The notes under the pieces are model-generated. The model did not search any database. It saw only the letters and a program-made list of their open reading frames with translations, and was not told the origin of the DNA. A stretch of 36,890 nucleotides of DNA from Paracoccaceae bacterium (GTDB lineage: Bacteria; Pseudomonadota; Alphaproteobacteria; Rhodobacterales; Rhodobacteraceae), in NCBI GenBank assembly GCA_027030435.1, contig JALVEX010000118.1, positions 1-36,890 on the forward strand, written 5' to 3'. Numbering within the stretch: the first letter of the stretch is position 1; every line of letters begins with the position of its first letter. This document shows, piece by piece, positions 29,048 to 36,890 of the stretch. The translations under genes were made by a program, and so were the position numbers.

Positions 29048-29311
29048 ATGGAATACGCACGTCTTGACGCCATCAGGTTCGGTCTCGCCGCCGGAATAAC
29101 CGTTTTCCTGTTCGGCCTGTTCTTCTTCCTGCTCAGCTTGCTGACAGGCGGCATGATGATGATGCGCATGGGGATGGGGGTGGAATTCGGTGGTATGGCC
29201 GGAGGGGCCGGCATGATGTTTGGCGGCTTCCTGATGAGCGGGCTGTTTTCCGGGATCATTACCGGGATCTTTGCAGGGGTGATGGCGGCCATCTACAACC
29301 GCCTGCTCTGA
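29048..29311 (+). CDS. Small hydrophobic Met/Gly-rich membrane protein (hypothetical)
   Basis: An SD aaaggag (29034-29040) lies 7 nt before ATG 29048. The 87-aa product has two or three hydrophobic segments and a central GGMMMMRMGMGVEFGGMAGGAGMMFGG stretch. Confidence 0.5.
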   Translation: MEYARLDAIRFGLAAGITVFLFGLFFFLLSLLTGGMMMMRMGMGVEFGGMAGGAGMMFGGFLMSGLFSGIITGIFAGVMAAIYNRLL

Positions 29312-29316
29312 TCATC

Positions 29317-29814
29317 TCAATGCGCCGCCGCGTATCCGGCTGCGGCCCAGGCCTGCTGACCAGGCATTTCCACTGCGCAGGGGCGCACGGAGCGCAGGCG
29401 CGCAAGCGCCGCTCCGGGGGCCTCGCCCGCCTCGCACATCAGCCGCATCAGCGCCATCCCCGAACGTCCGCAGCCGGCCCAGCAATGGGCGAAAACCTTT
29501 CCGCCGGCCCTCAGCACCCGATGCGCCTCGCGCGAGGCTTCCGCCCAGAGCGCCGCATGCTCCGGCCCCGGGGCGCCGAAATTGGCGATCGGCAGATGCC
29601 GCCAGCCCACATCCGCAAGGGCAAGATCATCGCCGAGCCGCCCGGCTCCTGCCATCTCGAGCTCCTCCTCTGCCGTGAGGCTCAGCACCAGATCGGCCGG
29701 CCAGCGCAGCAGCGCCGTGAGATCGGCCTGATAGCCGCGCACCCGCCCCGGCATCGGCCCGATGCCGATCATCCCCTTTTCCAGGGCAAGCTCGCCCGCC
29801 GGATATGATGCCAT
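29317..29814 (-). CDS. Dual-specificity / protein-tyrosine phosphatase family protein
   Basis: The Cys-based phosphatase signature HCX5R(S/T) is present as VFAHCWAGCGRSG. Confidence 0.75.
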   Translation of the reverse strand: MASYPAGELALEKGMIGIGPMPGRVRGYQADLTALLRWPADLVLSLTAEEELEMAGAGRLGDDLALADVGWRHLPIANFGAPGPEHAALWAEASREAHRVLRAGGKVFAHCWAGCGRSGMALMRLMCEAGEAPGAALARLRSVRPCAVEMPGQQAWAAAGYAAAH

Positions 29815-29918
29815 TTCGCCGCTCCTCTGCCTGCCACCCTACCCTTGCGCTTTACGGCGGGCAACACTCCCCCTAACCTGTTGCGGATCCCGAATCCGCA
29901 GCGCAGCCAGAGGCGAGC

Positions 29919-31760
29919 ATGAGCGAAGAACAAAAAACCGGCTATCAGGTTCTTGCCCGCAAGTATCGCCCCGAAACCTTCGCCGATCTCGTCGGCCAGG
30001 ATGCCATGGTGCGCACCCTGAAAAACGCCTTCGCCGCCGATCGCATCGCCCAGGCCTTCATTCTCACGGGCATCCGCGGCACCGGCAAGACAACAACCGC
30101 GCGCATCATCGCCAAGGGGCTCAACTGCACCGGCCCCGATGGCCAAGGCGGCCCCACGACCGAGCCCTGCGGCCAGTGCGAGGCCTGCCGCGCGATAAGC
30201 GCCGGCCAGCATGTGGACGTGATCGAGATGGACGGCGCCTCGCAGACCCGGATCGACGATATCCGCTCCAACGTGCTCGAAAGCGTCCATTACGCGCCCA
30301 CCTCGGCACGCTACAAGATCTACATCATCGACGAGGTGCACATGCTCTCCACCTCGGCCTTCAACGCGCTTCTGAAAACGCTCGAAGAGCCGCCGCCGCA
30401 TGTGAAATTCATCTTCGCCACCACCGAGATCCGCAAGGTGCCCGTGACGGTGCTTTCGCGCTGCCAGCGCTTCGATCTGCGCCGCATCGAACCGGAAGAG
30501 ATGATCGCGCTGCTGCGCCGGATCGCCGATGCGGAGGGCGCCAGCATCACTGACGAGGCGCTCGCGCTCATCACCCGCGCCGCCGAGGGCTCGGCACGAG
30601 ATGCCACATCGCTTCTCGATCAGGCGATCAGCCACGGCGCGGGCGAAACCACCGCCAAGCAGGTGCGCGCCATGCTCGGGCTCGCCGATCGCGGCCGGGT
30701 GCTCGATCTCTTCGACATGATCCTAAAGGGCGATGCCGCCGGCGCGCTTGGCGAGCTTGGCGCGCAATATGCCGATGGCGCCGATCCCTTGGTGGTGCTG
30801 CGCGATCTGGCCGAAATCGCGCATTGGGTTTCGGTGGTGAAGATCACTCCCGATGCGGCCGATGATCCCACCATCGCACCGGAAGAGCGCGCCCGCGGTC
30901 AGACGATGGCCGAAAGCGTGCCCATGCGGGTGCTCTCGCGGATGTGGCAGATGCTTCTGAAGGCGCTGGAAGAAGTGGCCCAGGCCCCGAGCAGCATGAT
31001 GGCCGCGGAAATGGCGGTGATACGGCTGACCCATGTGGCCGACCTCCCGAGCCCGGATGAGCTTGTGAAAAAGCTCGCTGCCGCCCCTGCGCCAGCCCCG
31101 GCACCCGCTGCGCCCCCGCCGCGGCCCTCCCCGCCGCCAGCGGGGGGATCGGATGGGGCACGGGCGGCGGCACCCGGCGAACCCGGCCCTGCCAGACCCA
31201 CACAACATCGCGTCTCCGAAACCGGCGGCAGCGGCCCCACGGCCATGACCGCCACCGCCCCCGCGCAGACGCCCGACAGCCTTGCCGCCCGCTATCCGAC
31301 CTTTGAAGACGTGATCGCCCTCATCCGCGCGATGCGCGACATGAAACTTCTGTTTGACGTGGAAAGCGGTGTCAGGCTCGTGAGCTACGCGCCCGGGCGC
31401 ATCGAATTCGAGCCAGCCCCCGGCGCGCCCGCCGATCTTGCCCAGAGGCTCGGGCGCCAGCTCGCGGCCTGGACAGGTGCCCGCTGGGGTGTTTCGGTGG
31501 TGAGTGGCGGCGGCGGCGCAACTATCGCAGACAGGATGCGGAAAGAGGAGGAAGCTCTAAGGGCCCGGGCCGCTTCTCATCCCCATGTCAAAGCGGTTCT
31601 CGATATCTTTCCCGGCGCAGAAATCCGGAAAGTGCGCACAAGGGGAGAGCTGATTGCATCGGCTTCCGCAGGCGCGCTTCCCGGCGCTCAGAGTGAAAGC
31701 GATGGCGAAACACAGGAGAGCGGCGACGATGAGGCGTGGGATCCCTTCGAACATGATTGA
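29919..31760 (+). CDS. dnaX: DNA polymerase III subunit gamma/tau
   Basis: The product has YRPETFADLVGQ, Walker A GIRGTGKTTTARI, a Zn module CGQCEACRAI, Walker B IYIIDEVHML and sensor SRCQRFDL. A Pro/Ala-rich linker is followed by a tau C-terminal domain. Confidence 0.95.
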   Translation: MSEEQKTGYQVLARKYRPETFADLVGQDAMVRTLKNAFAADRIAQAFILTGIRGTGKTTTARIIAKGLNCTGPDGQGGPTTEPCGQCEACRAISAGQHVDVIEMDGASQTRIDDIRSNVLESVHYAPTSARYKIYIIDEVHMLSTSAFNALLKTLEEPPPHVKFIFATTEIRKVPVTVLSRCQRFDLRRIEPEEMIALLRRIADAEGASITDEALALITRAAEGSARDATSLLDQAISHGAGETTAKQVRAMLGLADRGRVLDLFDMILKGDAAGALGELGAQYADGADPLVVLRDLAEIAHWVSVVKITPDAADDPTIAPEERARGQTMAESVPMRVLSRMWQMLLKALEEVAQAPSSMMAAEMAVIRLTHVADLPSPDELVKKLAAAPAPAPAPAAPPPRPSPPPAGGSDGARAAAPGEPGPARPTQHRVSETGGSGPTAMTATAPAQTPDSLAARYPTFEDVIALIRAMRDMKLLFDVESGVRLVSYAPGRIEFEPAPGAPADLAQRLGRQLAAWTGARWGVSVVSGGGGATIADRMRKEEEALRARAASHPHVKAVLDIFPGAEIRKVRTRGELIASASAGALPGAQSESDGETQESGDDEAWDPFEHD

Positions 31761-31859
31761 AGGGTGTTCCGCCCCGGTGCGGCCGTATTCAGGCCTCCCT
31801 TGTGCCCCGGCGGATGCACGCGTATTTATCGGGTTCATTGGTAACAGGAGTTTGGCGAT

Positions 31860-32204
31860 ATGCTGAAAGGTTTGGGCGGGCTTGGTGACATGGCCAAGAT
31901 GATGAAAGCCGCCAAGGAAATGCAGGAAAAGATGGCCGCGCTCCAGGAAGAGCTCGAGCGGATCACCGTCACAGGCGAATCCGGGGCCGGGCTGGTGCGG
32001 GCCACGGCCACGGCAAAGGGCGTGCTGACCGGCCTCGAGATAGATCCTTCCATCTTCAACCCTGATGAAAAGGAGGTCGTGGAAGATCTGATCCTGGCGG
32101 CAATCAAGGATGCGCAGGCCCGCGCCCAGGAGCGCCACCGCGAAGAGGTGCGCAAGATCACCGAAAGCATGGGCCTGCCGCCCGACATGGAACTCCCGAT
32201 CTAG
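31860..32204 (+). CDS. ybaB: YbaB/EbfC family nucleoid-associated protein
   Basis: The 114-aa product has the typical MMKAAKEMQEKMAALQEEL N-terminus and LILAAIKDAQ. It sits between dnaX and recR, the conserved position. Confidence 0.9.
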   Translation: MLKGLGGLGDMAKMMKAAKEMQEKMAALQEELERITVTGESGAGLVRATATAKGVLTGLEIDPSIFNPDEKEVVEDLILAAIKDAQARAQERHREEVRKITESMGLPPDMELPI

Positions 32205-32207
32205 GCC

Positions 32208-32585
32208 ATGTGGATGCTGGACTATGGCCCAGAACAGGCGAGCCGGCTGCCGCTCACGCCTGAAAATGCACGCATCATCGTGGCGCGTGCGCGCCAGGCC
32301 ATCATCCTGCGCATCCCGCTCTCGCTTGCCAGTGCCGGCGTCTTCCTGACCCTCGCCATGAGGAGCCAGGGGATCGTGGTGATGGTCTGGCACTTCTTCT
32401 TCGCGCTTTCACTGTTGGCCGTGGGGCTCTCCGTCTTTTCCTTCATCCGCCATGTGCAAACCCTGCGCCGGCTGCCCGGTGATCTCGAGAAGGCGATCGC
32501 GCTCGGCATCCCGGCGCGGCGTTTCTGGGAAGAGCATGCCGGCCTGTTTCCGTTCAGGCTTTCCGGCGGCTCGAAAAACGAATGA
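32208..32585 (+). CDS. Hypothetical small membrane protein
   Basis: The 125-aa ORF has two hydrophobic helices ([14 protein letters not shown] and [22 protein letters not shown]). Its stop overlaps the recR start (ATGA at 32582-32585). No clear SD is visible. Confidence 0.45.
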   Translation: MWMLDYGPEQASRLPLTPENARIIVARARQAIILRIPLSLASAGVFLTLAMRSQGIVVMVWHFFFALSLLAVGLSVFSFIRHVQTLRRLPGDLEKAIALGIPARRFWEEHAGLFPFRLSGGSKNE

Positions 32586-33181
32586 CGAATTCTACCGACG
32601 ATCTCGAAATCCTGATCGAGCTGATGGCGCGCCTCCCCGGGCTGGGCCCCCGCTCGGCCCGCCGGGCGGTTCTGAAGATGGTGCAGAAACGCGCGCTCCT
32701 CCTCGCCCCCCTCGCCGAAGCCATGCAGGCCGTGGCCGAAAGCGCGCGGGAATGCCTGACATGCGGCAACATCTCCACCGCCGAAACCTGCCCCATCTGC
32801 GCAGATCCGCGCAGGGCCACGGGCGAGATCTGCGTTGTCGAGGACGTGGCCGATCTCTGGGCCATGGAGCGCAGCCTTGCCTTCAGGGGGCGCTATCACG
32901 TGCTTGGCGGCACATTGAGCGCCCTTGATGCGGTAGGCCCGGAGGATCTGCGCATTCCCCGCCTGCTGGAGCGCATCCGCGAAGAAGGGATCAGCGAGGT
33001 GATTCTTGCGCTCAATGCCACCGTGGAGGGCCAGACGACAGCCCATTACATCGCCGAGAGCCTGGAAGGGCGCGGCGTGAAGATCACTTCCCTTGCCCAG
33101 GGCGTGCCGATCGGGGGCGAGCTCGATTATCTCGATGACGGCACGATCACCGCCGCTCTGCGCGCCCGCAAGAGCCTCTGA
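32582..33181 (+). CDS. recR: Recombination mediator protein RecR
   Basis: The product has the helix-hairpin-helix N-terminus [11 protein letters not shown], the C4 zinc finger [16 protein letters not shown], and Toprim blocks [10 protein letters not shown] and [19 protein letters not shown]. Confidence 0.95.
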   Translation: MTNSTDDLEILIELMARLPGLGPRSARRAVLKMVQKRALLLAPLAEAMQAVAESARECLTCGNISTAETCPICADPRRATGEICVVEDVADLWAMERSLAFRGRYHVLGGTLSALDAVGPEDLRIPRLLERIREEGISEVILALNATVEGQTTAHYIAESLEGRGVKITSLAQGVPIGGELDYLDDGTITAALRARKSL

Positions 33182-33184
33182 AGC

Positions 33185-33499
33185 TCAGCGCCCGAGGCGC
33201 TCCTTCACATCACGGGCGAAATCCTCGTAGCGACGCAGGGATTTCACATCCACCTCCACATGATGGCCCATCTTCTGCATGATCGGCAGATCGAAAAGGA
33301 TCTGATCCAGCATGTCGGGAGATTCGACATCAACGATCGCAAGCACCTTGCGCTCGCCGACCACCTTCCACAGATCGACAACGATTCCCGCCTTCTTAGC
33401 GCCAAGCGCCGCATCCGCCTCCTCGGCCCAGACCTCGAAAAGCCCCTGCTGGCCCATCTGGCCATCGTAATTTACCGTAAAATCAAGCTTGTAGAGCAT
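33185..33499 (-). CDS. Muconolactone delta-isomerase-like small protein
   Basis: The 104-aa product has a ferredoxin-like pattern resembling the MIase family (MLYKLDFTV, DLWKVVGERKVLAIVDVESPDMLDQILFDLPI, VEVDVKSL). The assignment is made by eye only. Confidence 0.55.
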   Translation of the reverse strand: MLYKLDFTVNYDGQMGQQGLFEVWAEEADAALGAKKAGIVVDLWKVVGERKVLAIVDVESPDMLDQILFDLPIMQKMGHHVEVDVKSLRRYEDFARDVKERLGR

Positions 33500-33535
33500 C
33501 CTTTTTCTCCCGTTCTGCCGGTTTCAATGATAATT

Positions 33536-33931
33536 TCAATGATAGCGTCCGTGGCGCTGGAGCACTTCGATCTGGTAACCGTCCGGATCCTGCACGAAGA
33601 AAAAACGCGCCAGACGGGTGCCATCGCGTTCGAATTCCACGATCTTGCGCGGCGCCAGCCCCTCGGCCTCGAAGCGCGCATGCTCGGCATCGAGATCGGC
33701 AACGCTGAAGGCGATATGGCCATAGCCATCGCCCAGATCGTAGGGCTCGCTGCGGCCCTTGTTGATCGTCAGCTCCAGCTCGAAATCGGATTCATCGTTG
33801 CGAAGATAGATCAGCACGAAATCATCGAATTCGAGCCTGTCGGCCACTTCGAGCCCGAAGGCCTTCTTGTAGAAGGCAACCGAACGCGCCTCATCAAGAA
33901 CCCGGATCATCATGTGAATGGCCTTGGCCAT
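33536..33931 (-). CDS. VOC family protein / lactoylglutathione lyase-like (glyoxalase I)
   Basis: The product has HMMIRVLDEARSVAFYKKAFGLE, LELTINKG, GYGHIAFSVADLD and FFVQDPDGYQIEVLQ. The start is set at the internal ATG 33931, preceded by aggagga. Confidence 0.8.
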   Translation of the reverse strand: MAKAIHMMIRVLDEARSVAFYKKAFGLEVADRLEFDDFVLIYLRNDESDFELELTINKGRSEPYDLGDGYGHIAFSVADLDAEHARFEAEGLAPRKIVEFERDGTRLARFFFVQDPDGYQIEVLQRHGRYH

Positions 33932-34019
33932 CGGGCATCCTCCTGTTGCTCTGCGCTTCCCCGCAATGACCACATAGCACGAAATTTCCCGGCCCGGCAC
34001 CCGATTGCTCATGCGTAAA

Positions 34020-34052
34020 TGAAAAACCCCGGCGCATGACTGCGCCGGGGTT
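34020..34052 (-). terminator. Rho-independent terminator of the DUF1013 gene
   Basis: A 12-bp perfect stem, aaccccggcgca (34025-34036) / tgcgccggggtt (34041-34052), has a 4-nt loop. On the minus strand it is followed by a T-run (the complement of the A-run at 34022-34026). Confidence 0.75.
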
Positions 34053-34077
34053 CGGAATGCCGGAGCCATGTGCAGGC

Positions 34078-34836
34078 TTACTTTTCCTTCTCTCCCTCTT
34101 CCCCATCGTCTTTGCTCTCGGGAAGATTGAAGAGGCTGTCCGCATCGGGGAGATCCTCCTCGGCAGCAGCTTCGGGCTCATCGGAAAGGCTGAAAGTTTC
34201 AAGGCCTGCGATTGCCGTCGGGATCTTCGGCTCGGGCTCCATGCCAAGCGATTGCTCGGTGCTGACGAGCTTGCGCCGTTCCTCGTCGCTCATCACTCCG
34301 CCCTCCTTGGCCTTGCGCGCATTGGCCTTCTGCACGGCCGCGTCAAGCTCGCTCTGCTTGCAAAGGCCGAGCGCAACGGGATCGATCGGCTGGAGATTGG
34401 CGATGTTCCAGTGCGTGCGCTCGCGGATCGATTGGATCGTGGGCTTGGTGGTGCCGATCAGCCTGGAGATCTGGCCGTCGGTCAGCTCGGGGTGGAACTT
34501 CACCAGCCAGAGGATTGCGGCAGGGCGATCCTGGCGTTTGGAAAGCGGCGTGTAGCGCGGCCCACGGCGCTTTTCCTCGCCCACCGCGGCCGGGTTGAAC
34601 TTGAGCTTCAGCTTGTGGGTCGGATCCTTCTCGCCCTTTTCGATCTCCTCGGCCGTAAGCTGATTGTTGGCGATGGGATCAAAGCCCTTCACGCCCGCAG
34701 CCACATCGCCATCGGCGATCCCCTGAACCTCAAGCTCGTGCAGCCCGCAGAAATCACCGATCTGCTTGAATGTGAGCGTGGTATTTTCCACCAGCCACAC
34801 AGCCGTGGCCTTGGGCATCAGCGGTTTGTCTGCCAT
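34078..34836 (-). CDS. DUF1013-family protein (alphaproteobacterial cell-cycle regulator TrcR-like)
   Basis: From MADKPLMPKATAVWLVENTTLTFKQIGDFCGLHELEVQGIADG the sequence shows two repeated HTH-like modules (the second is ILWLVKFHPELTDGQISRLIGTTKPTIQSIRERTHWN) and an acidic tail. I recognise this pattern as the DUF1013 family, from memory only. The start is at ATG 34836, preceded by ggagaaag. Confidence 0.65.
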   Translation of the reverse strand: MADKPLMPKATAVWLVENTTLTFKQIGDFCGLHELEVQGIADGDVAAGVKGFDPIANNQLTAEEIEKGEKDPTHKLKLKFNPAAVGEEKRRGPRYTPLSKRQDRPAAILWLVKFHPELTDGQISRLIGTTKPTIQSIRERTHWNIANLQPIDPVALGLCKQSELDAAVQKANARKAKEGGVMSDEERRKLVSTEQSLGMEPEPKIPTAIAGLETFSLSDEPEAAAEEDLPDADSLFNLPESKDDGEEGEKEK

Positions 34837-34969
34837 CGTCTTTCTCCTTCGATCCCGATCCCGACAATGCTTCTTCCCGGCCCCGCGGGGCTGCCCACTT
34901 GGGGCGGGTTCTCGTTGTCGGGGAACTTGCAGGCTATATAGTGGCCCGGAAGGAAAGAGGAAAGAGAAA

Positions 34970-35608
34970 ATGCACATGCTGCGTCTGGCCCTGCTGATCC
35001 TGCTCGTTCCGGCGGCTGCGCTGGCCAAGGGGGAGAAAGGCGGTGATTTCGATTACTATGTTCTCTCGCTCAGCTGGTCGCCCAGCTGGTGCGCGCTCGA
35101 GGGCCGTTCCCGAAACGCGCGGCAATGCACAACCGGAAGCGGATACGGCTGGGTGCTGCACGGACTCTGGCCGCAGTATGAAAACGGCTGGCCGAGCCAT
35201 TGCCTGACCAGCGCGCGAGATCCATCGCGCCGTGAAACCCGCGCCATGGCCGACATCATGGGCTCGCCCGGTGCTGCCTGGCATCAATGGAAGAAACACG
35301 GCCGCTGCTCGGGCTTGCCCCCGGAGGATTATTTCGCCAGGGTACGCGCGGCCTATGCAGCCATCAAGCGCCCCGAGATCCTGCGCAAGCTGCGCCATCC
35401 GGTGCGCCTGCCGGCATCCGTGATCGAAGAGGCCTTTCTTGAGGCGAACCCGGATCTCGAGCCCGACATGATCACGATCACCTGCAGGGAAGGCCGGATT
35501 CAGGAGGCGCGCATCTGTCTCACAAAGGATCTCGAACCGCGCCGCTGTGGGGCAGATGTGAGCCGGGATTGCAGGCTGGAGAACGCCCTGCTGGCGCCGG
35601 TCCGTTAA
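34970..35608 (+). CDS. Ribonuclease T2 family protein, secreted/periplasmic
   Basis: A signal peptide (MHMLRLALLILLVPAAALA) is followed by FDYYVLSLSWSPSWC, the CAS I block VLHGLWPQ and the CAS II-like WHQWKKHGRC. Confidence 0.8.
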   Translation: MHMLRLALLILLVPAAALAKGEKGGDFDYYVLSLSWSPSWCALEGRSRNARQCTTGSGYGWVLHGLWPQYENGWPSHCLTSARDPSRRETRAMADIMGSPGAAWHQWKKHGRCSGLPPEDYFARVRAAYAAIKRPEILRKLRHPVRLPASVIEEAFLEANPDLEPDMITITCREGRIQEARICLTKDLEPRRCGADVSRDCRLENALLAPVR

Positions 35609-35793
35609 TGTCAGAAGCCCGGAAAACCGCATAACGCGAAGGTGATGCGAGCGAAAGTGCCGGAAGTGTTTCCGTTTTCTTGCAGCACGCGTGCATATGA
35701 AAAGGATCTGCCCGCGCCCGAGAGCGCTCTTCGATACACCTGTCAGGACGTGAACAGATCAAGCGAAGAGCGAATCTGGAAATCGGGCTTGGT

Positions 35794-36294
35794 TCAGGCC
35801 GGGGGAAACTTCTTTTCCTCTTCCGGCACCGGTGGGATCATGTCTTCCAGCGGGGGGATCTTGTGATCGGCGGCGACGGGGATTGCGTCTTCCTCCGGCT
35901 CTGGGCGATTTTCGCAGATCCAGCGCTTCGCCTCTTCCAGTTCGGACAGGCTGAAAAGCCGCACGCGACCCCGCAGAAGGGGCGCAAACAGCTTGACCCC
36001 TAGGCGGATCCATTCGACATCGGTAACAACAGCAATGCGCGCGAAATCGGCCAGATGCAGGAGGCCGAGCCTTGCATCATCCCAGGCGGCACCGGCAGTG
36101 AACCCCTTGAAATCCTCGCCGATCACATAGAGCAGCTTGACCTTGCCCTCCCGTTCGATGCGCTCTTCCACAAGCGGGATCAGCGTTTTCTCATAGGCCT
36201 CGCGATCGATCAGACCATGCGCCTCGATGGCGACCACATCGGCGGGGAAACCCTCGAGGATCTCGAACCGGCCCTTCTCTGGCTGCGCGCTCAT
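35794..36294 (-). CDS. STAS/SpoIIAA-like (DUF3478-type) protein with Pro/Glu-rich tail
   Basis: The pattern VVAIEAHGLIDREAYEKTLIPLVEERI...KVKLLYVIGEDFKGFTAGAAWDDARLG...FARIAVVTDVEWIR resembles SpoIIAA-like family proteins. The assignment is made by eye only. Confidence 0.55.
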   Translation of the reverse strand: MSAQPEKGRFEILEGFPADVVAIEAHGLIDREAYEKTLIPLVEERIEREGKVKLLYVIGEDFKGFTAGAAWDDARLGLLHLADFARIAVVTDVEWIRLGVKLFAPLLRGRVRLFSLSELEEAKRWICENRPEPEEDAIPVAADHKIPPLEDMIPPVPEEEKKFPPA

Positions 36295-36436
36295 GGCTGT
36301 ATCCTTTTCTGCTTTTGAGAAATGCTGCTGCAAGGGATATGAAAATCCGGCACCCGGTTTTCAAGCCGGCGGGGCTTGTGGCACGCAATGGATGCCTCCG
36401 GCGGGGATATTTGCGGACCAGTGATGAAGCACGGGT

Positions 36437-36890
36437 TCAGGAGACCCGCAGCACGATCTTGCCGATGTGTTCGCCCGATTCCATGCGGCTGTGGGCTTTT
36501 GCCGCATCTTCGAGGAGATATTCGCGATCGATCACCGGCGCTATGCGGCCTTTTTCCAGGAGCGGCCAAACATTATCGAGAAGTTCTTTTGCAATGCGTG
36601 CCTTGGCCAGATCGGATTGCGGGCGCAGCGTGCTGCCGGTGATCGTCAGGCGGCGCATCATCAGGGGGGCGAAATTGATCTCGGCCTTCGGGCCCTCGAG
36701 GAAAGCGATCTGCACGAGGCAGCCATCATCGGCGAGAGCTTTCAGATTGCGCCTGATGTAATCGCCGCCGACCATGTCGAGGATAACATCGGCGCCGCCC
36801 TCGGGGAGCAGCACTTCGGTGAAATCCTCTTCCCGGTAGTTGATCGCGCGCTCCGCACCGAGATCCTCGCACACCCGGCATTTGCGGGGC
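36437..36890 (-). CDS. NAD(P)H:quinone oxidoreductase / zinc-type alcohol dehydrogenase superfamily, C-terminal part (truncated by window end)
   Basis: The C-terminal Rossmann half ends in SGEHIGKIVLRVS, typical of Qor-like MDR enzymes. The frame remains open to the window edge. Confidence 0.7.
   Translation of the reverse strand, partial: PRKCRVCEDLGAERAINYREEDFTEVLLPEGGADVILDMVGGDYIRRNLKALADDGCLVQIAFLEGPKAEINFAPLMMRRLTITGSTLRPQSDLAKARIAKELLDNVWPLLEKGRIAPVIDREYLLEDAAKAHSRMESGEHIGKIVLRVS

Noticed and set aside
29815-29918. A possible SRP (4.5S/ffs) RNA upstream of dnaX, a common neighbour of dnaX, together with a 7-bp hairpin tgcggat/atccgca at 29882-29900.
   Set aside because: The conserved SRP domain IV sequence (GGAAGGAAGCAGCC-like / GNAR tetraloop context) is not present on either strand of this 104-nt spacer. 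The hairpin alone is too small to interpret.
29932-29937. The A-run in dnaX (caaaaaacc), considered as a possible programmed frameshift site producing gamma.
   Set aside because: It lies at codons 5-7 of the gene, far from the domain III/IV boundary where the tau/gamma frameshift occurs in E. coli. No slippery site was spotted by eye in the linker region.
35721-35730. A perfect 10-bp palindrome agagcgctct, together with a weak cggaa/ttccg hairpin with a T-run (35661-35678), between the convergent RNase T2 and STAS-like genes.
   Set aside because: The palindrome has no loop and no U-tract, and the hairpin stem is only 5 bp. Neither is strong enough to call as a terminator.
1-36890. Looked for CRISPR arrays, rRNA genes, IS elements/transposases, integrases and toxin-antitoxin pairs.
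   Set aside because: I saw no regularly spaced direct repeats, no rRNA-like sequence, and no DDE/tyrosine-recombinase-like translations in any frame of the ORF track.

Overview
High-G+C chromosomal segment with alphaproteobacterial-type gene order (inference from synteny: rsfS-rlmH, gpmI-envC-ctpA-rppH, dnaX-ybaB-recR, a DUF1013 gene). Most of it is housekeeping. From left to right: a DEAD-box helicase; a SulP/STAS transporter plus tandem-USP pair; a six-gene peptide-uptake operon (M19 dipeptidase, family-5 binding protein, two permeases, two ATPases); a lytic transglycosylase; a methyltransferase; the rppH/ctpA/envC-like/gpmI/rlmH/rsfS block; leuCD and leuB, separated by two accessory genes; tRNA-Pro(CGG); an FAH-family hydrolase; a dual-specificity phosphatase; dnaX-ybaB-recR; small enzymes (MIase-like, VOC); DUF1013; RNase T2; a STAS-like protein; and a truncated quinone oxidoreductase. 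The stand-out is a roughly 3 kb islet directly 3' of tRNA-Pro (24585-27659) whose G+C looks lower than the flanks. It encodes a TIR-like domain ORF followed by a 698-aa STAND/NB-ARC-like protein with a C-terminal TPR-like repeat array. This is an NLR-like (TIR effector / NTPase switch / repeat sensor) architecture typical of antiviral systems. It has two unusual features: the TIR and STAND parts are in different frames with a 94-nt overlap (either a frameshift or a split gene), and the P-loop reads GVGRET instead of GxGK[ST]. No integrase, transposase, CRISPR array or rRNA was seen. The many long antisense ORFs in the track are G+C-driven shadow ORFs and were not called.
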